Source: Cirrosporium novae-zelandiae
Lineage: Eukaryota
Assembly (NCBI GenBank): GCA_026023565.1
Contig: JAPETS010000019.1
Span: forward strand, 1 to 64,000
Length of the DNA: 64,000 nt
Direction: 5' to 3'
The notes beneath the pieces are model-generated. The model was not told the origin of the DNA. It searched no databases and worked only from the letters and a program-made list of their open reading frames with translations. Of the stretch, positions 45,569-57,794 are shown piece after piece. The translations under genes and the position numbers were made by a program. Numbering within the stretch: position 1 is the stretch's first letter; each line of letters starts with the position of its first letter.

Positions 45569-47205
45569 ATGAATCGGTCAACATTGGAAATAAAATCTCT
45601 TTGGAATCATGGCTTCCACCCCGCATTCCGTTCCTCTAAGAGACATATCATCCCTCGAGCTCCTAGGCGGTGGGGATCTGTCTCCCAAAGGCCAGGCTCC
45701 GATCAGTCAGTCAATGAGCCAAAAATATCTACAATGTCATTGACCTTGCTCCTAGTGTCCATTTCCCTGGTGCCGTCAATAGCAAATTTACCACCAATCT
45801 CTCTTTTATCCATCCTGGCACGCACCCCGCAATACCTACATACCGAGTCATGGATTCCGATGGCATAATAGTCGACAAAGCCCGAGATCCACCTAAAGTT
45901 GGCAATGAAGAAGTTTTGGAGTGGTACCGAAACATGGTAACAGGTGCGTTGCATTTCTCAAATCAGGGAGGAAGGACATTCCGCTTACATTCATATGGAG
46001 ATTGTAGTTAGCATTATGGATTTGATAATGTTTGATGCACAAAGACAAGGTCGGATAAGCTTTTATATGGTTTGTCTAGAGAGATGACTGTTCTTTGTTC
46101 TAGGAGCTAATAGCTGGTTGAAGGTCTCTGCAGGTGAAGAGGGAATAGCTGTCGCTTCTGCGGCAGCTTTATCCCCTGACGATGTTATCTTTGCGCAGTA
46201 TCGGGAAGCAGGGGTCTTTCAACAACGAGGGTTTACCCTTGACGATTTCATGAGCCAACTCTTTGCAAATAAACATGATAGCGGGAAAGGGAGAAATATG
46301 CCTGTCCATTATGGCAGTGCCAAGCTAAATATCGTAATTACGCACCCTAAGCATTTCTCTTCGACAATTCTTGTGCTAATTACATGTCTTGATCATAGCA
46401 CACGATCTCTTCGCCTCTAGCAACCCAATTACCCCACGCTGCTGGCGCCGCATATGCCCTCAAAATCCAAGACGCTGCGAACTCCTCCACATTACCTCGA
46501 ATTGCAGTCTGCTACTTCGGTGAAGGCGCCGCCAGCGAAGGAGACTTTCATGCTGCTCTTAACATCGCAGCCACCCGATCCTGCCCAGTCGTCTTTGTCT
46601 GTCGGAATAATGGCTATGCAATTAGCACGCCTACCTTGGAGCAGTATCGTGGTGACGGGATTGCAAGCCGCGGTGTCGGGTATGGAATTGAGACGATCCG
46701 AGTAGACGGAAATGATGTATTTGCGGTCCATGAAGCCATGCGCAAATCCCGCAAGATGGCTCTTGAGGATGGAGGGAAGCCCGTTCTATTGGAGGCAATG
46801 TCCTACCGTGTATCCCACCACTCCACTTCCGACGACAGCTTCGCTTATCGAGCGCGTGTCGAGGTGGAAGAATGGAAACGGCGCGACAACCCTGTGGTCC
46901 GTCTCCGCAAATACATGGAACACAAAGGCATATGGAATGAAGAGAAAGAAAGCGCATTGAGAATTGAAACCAGGAAGAAGGTGCTAAAGGCATTTAGGAA
47001 GGCAGAAATGGAGAAGAAGCCCCCGCTGAGAGAATTGTTTGAGGGTGTCTACGAGAGTATGAGTGAGGAGTCAAAGGGACAGATGAGGGAGCTAAAGAGG
47101 GTGATGGAACAGTACCCGGACGAGTACGATGTTACTGGATTTGAGGAAGGGGTTGATGGGTTGGGGCCTGCTGCTGACGGCCCGCAAGGAAAAATGACGA
47201 AATAG
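45569..47205 (+). CDS. BCKDHA: Branched-chain 2-oxoacid dehydrogenase E1 alpha subunit; exons 45569-45705, 45756-45943, 46008-46069, 46124-46333, 46399-47205
   Basis: FPGAVNSKFT, AQRQGRISFYM|VSAGEEG, QYREAG, GKGRNMPVHYG, ISSPLATQLPHAAG, TPP motif GEGAASEGDFHAALN..RNNGYAIS, YRVSHHSTSDDS. Four GT-AG introns keep the frame. Confidence 0.95.
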
Positions 47206-50200
47206 TGATAGCAAACACATGGGAATTAAAATAAACATGTAGATCAAGCTCAATGAAAATGCCAATTAATTAAACCGCCCCCCCTGCTGATTGAGGCTCG
47301 GATACGCCGCCCAGTACCCAACATCAAGTCCAAAGGTTACATATAACACTTTTATCATATTACTTCATAATTCTTATTATCGTTTACACAAATATTAGTA
47401 AGTATACGCAATTTCTTACGCACACTAAACATTCTCAATTTCTTCAGCCCTTCAATGAATAAAATTGGTTGATTTTTATTATATTCCGTGTCTGTTACGG
47501 AGTAGACTAGTCGTCGGTTCTATGACTTAGATATCGTTGCCCCCCGCTGGTAACAAGCGGGTAGTCTAACCACGGCATTTTGGCTTAGCAACAGACTACA
47601 AGTCAACATCTAGCTTTCCCCGTGTTCGGTGTTCAATCAGTATGGGGGGTAAAAGAAGGGATCCCCTGCCAATTTTTCGGCACAAATAAAGTCAGTCGGT
47701 TGATTTTTATTGTTGTTCGTGTCAATCAGTGCTGATGACCGATAGAAGGGGTTCCGGTACTACGCAATATGACTTGGTGGCACAGCATGCTTCTCCGTGG
47801 ATAACAGTGAAGTCACAGCTTTAGTGACAAGGGTCTAGGATCTTTTTTTTTTTTTTTTTTTTTTTTTTGGTTTTGTAATACGCAAATATATAATTGAGGA
47901 TTTTTATAGGAGCTCATTCCTTCGCTGCTTTGAAGTATTGGCTACCGGATCATGTTCATTCTGTTTAGATATTGGAGGGACTTACTATAACCCTAATATT
48001 TTTTTTGTATCGATACTTTGCTTTCTAGTCACACAAGTGTGTCTAGTTTTTTCATGCGCTGCTTAGAGAACCCGTACAATTTCATCGAGTGTATAGCCAA
48101 TAGGACTCCTTAATGACCCCGTATTCACTAGGTGAGAGTGGCGCTGATAAGTTTACGTGGAATTACAAGGTGACAGATATCATTAAGCATATCAGAAAAT
48201 CCTTAAAAAGAGCCTCAAAATGGTTTTTCGGCTGCTCCGGCCGGAGGTGACCAGCCAATCACAAGCCAAGCCACACTTAATACCAGAGGTTTATAAGGGT
48301 AACCAGACAAAAACTGCAGAGCATTAACTTCAATTTCAGTGAAGTTTTATTAATATCGCACCATAGTCGGGCCAAATACATGAGGCGTAGTAGAATTTAG
48401 GTACCACAATAAAACCATATATGTTTGCATTTATATAGTCAAGCTCCGATGTATTTTACTATTATAATTGAATAATAGTATAACTGTAGCACACCTGAGG
48501 AGATAATGCTTAATTGAAGCACAACTAAGTCTCACCGTTTGAAAGTTACTTATAGATTGCAAGGATTCTTAATCCTTCATCTGAAGGACAGGACGAGGTA
48601 TGAGATGTCCATGCTCCTGGCGAGCTGTGGCAGCCTTTTCCTCCTGAAACAATATATCGTATGCAGAATTACCCTCGCAGTTATTGTTATAAAGGAAGGC
48701 GCAAGGGGGGTATACGAACCTACCTCTATAACGACGAGGGGGTTTAAGAATAGTATAAAAGGCCTTAAAGGGCCAACAGAAATAGAATCAATCAAGTCGT
48801 TCGCCAAGAAATCATAATAGTTATCAATTCCACGTATGAACCCATTGTCAATGTTCAGTAAGTGTTTTCTGCAATAGTCATAAGGCTATCGTGCTCACAT
48901 TCTCAAACAGATATCTTGCAAGAGATTTATTTTGACCAGCCGTCCCACACCACCACGCTCTGTTCATTCTATCGATTGAGATGGAGTCTAGGCTCGACGA
49001 TCTGAGCGAAACTCCAGATAGAAACTTAGATGCTATTGAAAATCGGGGGACTTCCTCGGTAGACGAAATTGGTTCCATAGGCAAGGCTAAGTTGGCCAGA
49101 CAACTTTCATCCATAAATGCGGAACCCAACTCCAATACACTGGCAGTCGAGGGCGAGCAAATTAAAGCAAACGAAGATATTATCCTTGATGAACAACCTC
49201 GACAGAATGAGCGCATCACCAGCATGGACCTATTCCTTAGCGAGTGGTCAATGCACTTTGTAGATCTTGGCAAAGACAAGGAGGAGGCCGGTAAGGTACA
49301 CCATAAAAAACGCGAGAGAACAAGAAACCAGGATCAGCCGAAGAAAGGCAGAAATAAGGATCCGCTCAGAAGTAGGTCAATAGCAGCCAACTTTCCAAGG
49401 TTTCGCTCTTTTCTGTATCTTGATATTTTTCTCTAGGGCATGGTTCCAGCTAACTAGAGTATAGAGCATATGCAAAACGACAACAAGTCAGATGATCTTC
49501 GAGGAATTGGATCTTTGTTCAGAAGTCATCCTTTTGGGGGATATAAGTGTTAGATTTAAGTGATAAGAGAGAATCAAGCAGTAATAGATGTTAGATGATT
49601 GTTTTGTTGAGTGTGTAGAATAAGAAAAAGAATTATTTCTGTCAAACAAAAGCAAAGGTACACAAGGTCTAACCAAATTTAGACTAGTCTGTACTCCACC
49701 AAGTTCATCACCAGCAAACAAAATCCTACCTATAACCACCTAGGTATATTCCATTCACAATGGACTTCATATACGATGTGCTATCTCTTACCTTTACATC
49801 AGTCTACCTATGTAGATGGGTATTCAGCCGCAGCTCTTCAGTGTATCTAGCAACCACCAGCAACCACCAGCAACCACTAGATGCTACTCCTTTTCTTCGC
49901 CATCGTTTGACTGTTCTGGGGGCACTTTCCAATTGACCAATCACCTTTACGATTATTTCTCGTCTATTGATTCTTCAGCAGTGTATTCCGAAGGTTAGTG
50001 AATAAAGGATTTAGAGTATATGGATCAAACAACACGGAAAACTGGAGCTGGCAGATGACAAACTGCATATTATTATTATTGAAGAAGAAGAATAAGCAGT
50101 CCGCTCCTTAAGACATTACCAACAAGCGCAAGTCTTTGACATTTAAATAGAAGATCCGACCTTAGCCGGAACTTAAAAAATAGCAGACGTGAAACCCCCA

Positions 50201-53200
50201 AAACACAGTGGCCTCGACAGCGATATCAATTATGATTGCAAACAAGGAGATGCCTCAAACTCAACGACGCTTTTGTTTCTCTGCAGCTGATACCTAGCCC
50301 CTAAATAGAAATTCTCCTTTTTCCTCGTTCGACTTAAATCGTCCATACTCTTGTTGCCTGAGTTATTATACCAGGACCAATCGTCATACAAACTCTAGTC
50401 ATGGTTCCAGAGATTTTTGTTATCCGGTATACAATGCATTGTGTTAAAGGGCTCTTACTGATCCGTACTCTCCTGATGAGTCGAAAGCCAGCTTCCAACT
50501 TCTTTCAAATTGATTGGAACGTCCTGAGGAACGGCTATTGAATGCAAGTCTGCCATGAAATTTATATCGGGAGATAATCTTCCAGAAAAAGAGTTTTCCT
50601 GATATAAATCTATCCAAACTCCATATCAGCTATCTAGAAACGCAAGTCTCCACGATAAAGCACACATACCTTCATTCTGTCCCGACTGTGTGAAAGAGCT
50701 GGCTCCTTTTATCCCTTCATTCCTTTTTTCCTCCTTGACTCTTTGACCTGCCTTGGTGGAATCAATGTGCTCCTTTATAGACTGCTCTCTTTCTATATGG
50801 CTGATCCCGTCCTCTCCCTTGGTACTATTGCTCTGGGAGGACACTATTAGATGGTCGTCGTCGCTGGATTGAGTGTCCAAAGCATTTATAAAACACATCG
50901 GCGATTCTTTTATCGGCTCCTCTAAATATCGCTTGAGCTGGTATGACATGTTTTCAGGACTATTTTGGTAGTTCATTTCACAATGCCAGCGATAGCAACA
51001 CCTAGTGATTAACGGAAGCATTTGTCAGCATACATTCTCAACTTTGTTCTCTTGATATTCCATGTTCGTGTGAGACTTACAGTTTGAGAACTGGGTGTCT
51101 AAGCTCCTATCAGCGAGTTCCACTGTCGATGCAACTTCGGAGGATCGAAATAAAATATCAAGAGTGCTAGAGCCGTATGATGAACATCATATTCAAATTG
51201 CGAGGGACATGAAATATTTATAATGGAGAAAGATGCTGAGTCGAATGCACAAGGGCCTGTCAGAGTCAGTCAAACTTGAGAATCAGCCAAATCCAGGACG
51301 GAAGAGATTCTATTCATCTTCCATACACCGCCGAATTTGACAGCTGGCAATGTCACAGCCATCACAGAACCCGTGAGCATGGTAACCGGACCGATCCCTT
51401 CGAATACTAATGTCGCTGATGATTGCCAGTGCGCGCCCTAAGGAGGCAGAGTGAGACTTGATAATTTCCCTGGTCCTAGTAAGGTTCTAGTTAAACGGTC
51501 AAGCCCTTGACAGGGAGCTTTTGGTATAAAATCCTTTTTATAAATTTTTTATTACACTATCAGGTAAGGTTTTCTGAGCGGAGTTAGCTACATGAGATGA
51601 CTAATTTAGATCAATACATACTGGATTCCTTAATCAAAGTTTCTCCTCGAAAGTGCGACAAGGCTTCAATTGCCAACACCACAAAGGCAAGTACATTGGT
51701 ATAGGTTATTACTTCGTTCTGTGTGGTATACAAGGCTATTGACAAGGATGTTGGAACATCCTTGTCTAGCTAGCGAGCGCCTCAAAAACAACCCCACGGC
51801 GGATGGTGGACGATATTCCGGGTGTTACCAATTGACATCCCCGAAGCTTTGAAATCATCAATTGATTTTGAAATTTTGCTCCAGATATGGGGATTGATAT
51901 ATATTTCTTAGTTACCATAAACGCTGTCAAAACTATAATTTGAAGCGCCCAGGATAGCAGATGAGAAGAGTGGGAGTAACAAAAATGGCTGTAATTTCAT
52001 TATCATGCCTCGCTTGAGATATCATCATCAAATGAGAGCCTGGAAGAAGCGCCCATTTCTGAAAATCTATTAGGACGTTTCAACTCTGTCTTTGTTCATA
52101 GAAATCGCCCAAAAAAGATCACCAAATAGCCCTCGGTGAGCGCATTCCCAATCCTTGATCAATAGCCATAATACTCCACTATGAACACTGCATTGCAATG
52201 GTAGTTAATGCTCGTTAACTATTAGGGTTAATAAGTATCTAGGTATACCATCAGTTGCTCGAGTAGATTGCGGACATGGTGAGGGATGAAAAGAGAATGC
52301 TTACAATGAGGATACGACGACTTAGGGCTGGTAGTAGCTACAAGAGCCCTTCTCTTGTTTCTTAGTGCTTGGCTATCTGGTAGCCTCGTAGCCTCGTTTT
52401 CCCCTCTCCTGTCGGCTGCCTTCAACTTGGTCTTCGTCTACTCTTTCTAGTACCAAATTCATCGGAGGCGCAATGTCAGAGCATCGCTTCCCCTAACTGG
52501 ACAACCTGCCGAGCAGAGTATTGTCAGGCGACTGAAGAGTGCGTAGTTCCTGTCAAAGGAATACTTCACTGTGGCGGTCGAGCCCTTGAGCCAGTCAGTG
52601 ACTAGGCACAAGCCAAACAAGCGCTCAGACCTGCAGACCTATGCTTAATGGCCACCAAACCGTCACCAAAAAGTAATTGAAAAGCGGGTCTTGCGATAAA
52701 AGCGAATCTAAAAAATCTCGAAACAAAGGCAAGCCCTCCAGGCCCTTGCTCGTAATAATATAAGCATCTTAGATTCAATTCTCACCCCCCCTCCCCCAAA
52801 TACTTACAATGAAAATCTCGCCACTTTCACTTACGATTTACTATCTCAGTCAATTTCAAATTTAATTCTAGGTATAAATAAGTTTAATCTTAGCTCTTCT
52901 TTCATTAATTTATGTAAAATTTGTGTCCACTTTGATCTGTTAGGAATGACCAAGGACTGCCTTGATGACTGACATTTATGGTAGGATAGGATAGAAAAAG
53001 TATATTGCGCGGTTGGCTCTGCTGGCTTTGCCGCAAGCTAACCCAAGGCCATGGTGCGGAACTTCGGGAGAGATTTAGGATAGGTAGCCCTGCGATGAAC
53101 CACGGGTCCGATATGGATACGTCCATTCCTACACTTCCAAATCCTAAGAGTGGTAATCTCCGATAGTAGACCTCGTTGAATGGGCTGGACCCAGACACCT

Positions 53201-54640
53201 GGTCATTAATACTATAGATACACACTGGTCGAGCCCATCAGACTATATCGGGGGTTCTTAACACTTCCTCGATAAGGATGTATCTTTGCATAGGACTAAA
53301 ATAGGGTTGTGCTACCTGAAAGGTTGATTCTTTCAGCCAACAGGAACATTGGTTGTTCTTCTAGAGCCTTCTTCGGGGATCTGACATAGGGATACCGTAC
53401 GGAACCAGCCAGCTACCAGGCTCTCCATAATAATGGAGGCTCTTTTTGAATTAACTAGCTAACATAGTCCTGGTCTTCACAAGTTTGCGAAGAATTATAT
53501 TTTATCTATTCTAGAGATGATAATAATTCATTTTATTGTCCATATATCCCCTCTAGACTCCTAAATCATCACCCGTACAGAAAGTACCGAGGTCGCCGCT
53601 GTCGACTTCTTCCACTCACGGGAGGCGGGCCGCATATATTTGACCTATTCACCCCCCTTAACGCTGCATAATTATCCATGGCAAACTGACTCATTACCCA
53701 CCTACTCACTTACTCGCTATCTGAAGTGCCCAAAGGCTTGACACAACTCAGTCGGTGTACTGTAGCGCCAAAAAATAATAGAGAAGCCATGCGTGCTTGC
53801 GTTATGTGTCCTGTCGATCCGGAACCAGTTCCCCCTCCTATCAGCCTTCAACCATCCCGTTCCTCAATTTTCAACACGCCATACCCTAAACAACCCAAAA
53901 ACTCGTAAAATTCCGAAAAAGAAAATAAAAAAACATATCCTTAGCGCGCATAGGGGAAATGTAAGCGCCAAACCCCTGATCCCAGCAAATTGTGCATATG
54001 GAAATAGATGCATCCGAGGTTGTTTCAGAGAGGTAAAAGTCGTCCGTCAATCACTGTGAATCCCCTTCCTTCCATGAATTTTTCTCACTTTTTTCTAATT
54101 TCACCGTTTTTTTCTTTTTCTTTTTTCCTCAAAAACGGGTTGTTTGGTTTCGGAGCCTTGCGCGGCGCGCCTTTCGATGTGACAAAAAACCTAATAACGG
54201 TCTGGCCCATCAAGTACAGTGTGGATACGGCCGTACAAGTTATTTGGAACCAACCAACCAACCAACCAGGAAGGCATCAGCATATTTGCACTCGGTTGCG
54301 TTCCAAAATATTCAATCCAATGCAAATCAACACCCCACCACCTAGCTACCTAGCTACCTATCTGCCTGGCCTAGCCTTGGATCCTCCTACAGGTTGGGTT
54401 GAGCGCGCGCGAATTTCGCTTAACAGCCACATAAGCAGAAACCGCCAAGAGATATGCAGGGGGTAGATGGGTGATGATAGATGGACTGACGACAAACTGA
54501 TATTTAATTAGTTCTATCCAGTTTTCAGTAATCTTAAACGCTTCTCTTTGCGGAGCAACGAAAAATAAACTAATTCAATTTAATCCTTACTGTGGATTTG
54601 TTGTTAGCAAATGATACACGATAGTGGGGATTCTCATTGG

Positions 54641-54691
54641 GGACCCCATTGTGCCATTGAGGACCCCATTGAGGACCCCATTGAGGACCCC
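54641..54691 (+). repeat. Minisatellite of 12-bp unit GGACCCCATTGA
   Basis: About four degenerate tandem units visible. Confidence 0.75.
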
Positions 54692-55603
54692 GGGGAAAGA
54701 GGATAGTCAAACTAAAAAGTAACTAGTAAGGTTGTTTGTACTTTGTACATAACAAATTTTGCCCAATAATAGCCATGATAATTTAAGGTTTTGAGGCCCA
54801 ACTAACTGCATTTATTCATCAGCAAAAAATGGTTTTTTTAATACCCTTAGGAAGTATTTTATCTGACCTATTTATTCCAAGGATATATAACCTCAGCAGG
54901 TCTTGATATATTAGGGTAAATGAAATAAATAACTCTTGTTTAAGCCAACTAATTCATATTACCTGAACCGCCGCCTTTTATCAAATGCATGTATGGTACT
55001 GTGGATGGATGTACTCGTTTTAGGTTTTGACCGCGCGCTAAAAAGCGCCTACCGAAACCTCTTTTTTATACTTGGCCTTTTGCTTGGCCTTTTTTTTTAC
55101 TTTACCATAATACCCTCCTACTATACAGTACATACCTTTTTAATAATCTTTAATTATGTGTCATACATGATATATATACACACAACCTTTACCTATTAGT
55201 GTGTATGTGTGTGTGTATGGAGGTTTATTTATATTTTGTGGATAAGTTTTTGAGGAGATTTTTTTTTAAAGAAAGGGAATTTGAAGAGTTAATAGTAATA
55301 TAATAGTAACTGGTACACACCTAATAAAGGTGGGGGGTCAATTTGTATGTGTGTGTAGAAGTGAAATTTTATTATCTATACTAAAGGTTATTTATACTCG
55401 GTATCCGCTTAGTGCGCGTAAACGGGTTTCTAACTATCGCCCGTTTACCGTACCCGTACAATCTATTCGTAACGGTAACGGTAACGGTAACGTTATCTTA
55501 TATAAATAACCTTATCTACTTTCATTAATCTACTCGAGTATATATATACACGTGAATTAATTACTACTGAGTTTTACTTTTTAAAATTTTGCTACCCCTA
55601 TGA

Positions 55604-55818
55604 AATCTCCCACTCTGTACCACAAATGGCGCATGCTTACAGGTCAAACTGGGAAGGGTCAATTGGGCCAATGATAATAAAGATCGTGAGGCTCGGTATA
55701 ATGAGGCAAAGAAGTTGATGCCTGAATCTACCTGAGAATAATGATCTAACCTATTATAAATCCTTATATGGATATCCCCTGCAAAGCGTGCGCCATTTGT
55801 GGACAGGAGTAGGAGATT
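55604..55818. mobile_element. MITE-like element with ~35-40 bp imperfect terminal inverted repeats
   Basis: Left AATCTCCCACTCTGTACCACAAATGGCGCATGCTT versus reverse complement of right end AATCTCCTACTCCTGTCCACAAATGGCGCACGCTT. No ORF; TSD unresolved. Confidence 0.65.
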
Positions 55819-56989
55819 AGACTAGTTTCTTTTTTTTTTTTTAGAGGAAAAGGTGGTAAATCCTTTGAGTTGCTTTGTGTATTTAAGGTGGGTGTTCGGT
55901 TCGGTTCGGTTCGGTTCGGTCCGAACATATACGACAGGGGTTGAAATCCTGTATAGGAATTATTCTATTTTAATTTTAATTGACCAAGGAGTTTTTGGAT
56001 TTGTTCATTAATCAATTCGAACAATGTTGCAGTGTAGGTCGGTGGGTCGGTAGGTAAGTAAGTGTATGCATTAATTAGGTGGGCGTTAAAGCGGTCTTTC
56101 GTGCGCTGTGTGCAAGGCACTTGTACCTGGCTCGAGTGTGGGTAATTACTGTACAGTAAGGTAGCCCTAATGGGGGTTGTTTTTGTCTTACTCGAGTGCA
56201 ACACACAGTAGTGGTTCGTCATAATTAGAGGAACACTGATGATAATTACCAGTGTGATCAATCACTAATTAGTGCTTTTGGGAATCGAACACAACCTGGT
56301 ATTTACTATATGGCCATCCAACAGCTGGTTCGTTAATTATGGCCTTACAAATACTTAATTACTGTGGTAGCCTTAAGCTTAAAAAATACGAACTAAATTT
56401 ACTGTAATTACTGTGTGGTATGAACAATAATTAATTAATGGGAGCATGATATCTTATCTTATCGTACAGTATCTAACCTTAGCGCAAATAGCAACGAAGG
56501 CTACTCGAGCACTGTACATCATTATAGTAGTGTTGCCAAAAGCCACTATCACTCACTGACCAAGAGGTACAAGTACCAGATTAAATAGAAGATCCCCATC
56601 TTAGATTAGATCGAATGCGTGCCACGCTTTGGCCTAGTTTCTTAAGTTTTGGTCTTTCCTTTATATTTAGGTTTTAATTCATTGCTTGGAGTTGAAGCTA
56701 ACTTTTTGAAGTGTAATTATTGCACCTTTGCCTTTTTAAGGCCGTATGAATTCGTTATTAGCCTTGACGTCTCCAACAAACGAAGGTAATAGAAAATTAT
56801 TGCTTTCAGAAATTGCTGGGATGGCATTGCCTTCAGTCTCAATGAGGCTCCTAAGAACCACGACGAGGCTTCAGTGACGAGCTATCCCTACATGGTAGCA
56901 ATCCTTCGGAGCACCCTCTCATTGCCATCTCCTCCATCATTACTTCTGGCTAGGAAAATAATTATATTCAGGGATCCCTCGTTCTTTCA

Positions 56990-57141
56990 CAGTGTTGTCT
57001 ATGGACCAGACCAAGCTTTTGGATAAACCAGACCGACACCCCTGGTCGGTCTATAGACCAGACCAGACCGGGCCTCGGATTTTGATAGACCGACCAGACC
57101 AAGGGGGCCGGCCTGGTCGGTCTGGTCCATCGACAACACTG
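56990..57141. mobile_element. hAT-type MITE (152 bp)
   Basis: TIRs CAGTGTTGTC(T/G)ATGGACCAGACC, internal GACCAGACC/GACCGACC subterminal repeats, 8-bp TSD TTCTTTCA / TTCTTTCG (7/8 match). Confidence 0.85.
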
Positions 57142-57794
57142 TTCTTTCGCATGTATGGTCCGGATATTAGCCTACCTTCTCCTGCCGAGATACATGCCTA
57201 ACTGCTCATGATGGATAGAGTTAGGTTCACAGACTATGAGCTTTCGAGCCTTTTGGTTAGCCGTGGTATACGGTGGATAGATTACTATCGTCGAAGAGCA
57301 GTGCTTTTAGGCAATCAAACACTTTCTTGGTGATGCTGTTCCGGTATCAGAGGTGCATAGTTGGCAAATAGATGGTAAAGATAGATTTATTTATATGGAA
57401 CGAATTTAAGACCCAACGTTGGAGTGCTGAGGCTCTCTGAACGCTACCCAACGGCATGATGTGTGCTATTAGTTCCGTGGTATCCTCAACTCTTACATAA
57501 GCTAAAACGAGACTCTCGTGCTTTTATTGGCAAGCGAAGCTACTTTAGGTGATACCCTTTATTAGTTGCCGTTTGTATAAGGCGTGTATTAGTCACCAGC
57601 CCCTCGAAGATTTTTATGTACGGAGAATGGGGCCTTGAATTTACAAGGGATCCGGTTAAAGCGACAAGAAATCGCCTGATTCAAAGGTTACAAATACCTC
57701 CAAAAACAATGGTGATGTGCTCCCATCTCAGCGTCTAATGCCCTGAAACATAGTCCTGAGGTGAAAGTTATATGGTTATAGTAAAATGAATCAA

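Noticed and set aside
47493..47555. TGTTAC...GTAACA LTR-like ends
   Set aside because: Only 63 bp with no TSD; could be chance.
48981..49436. 151-aa ORF MESRLDDL...
   Set aside because: No recognisable domain or confident exon structure; may be a gene relic but is unsupported.
50150..52450. Minus-strand gene-like relic with splice-like sites and an HGFCDGCD (ZZ-finger-like) word
   Set aside because: Could not assemble a consistent frame, and the motif is too short to call.
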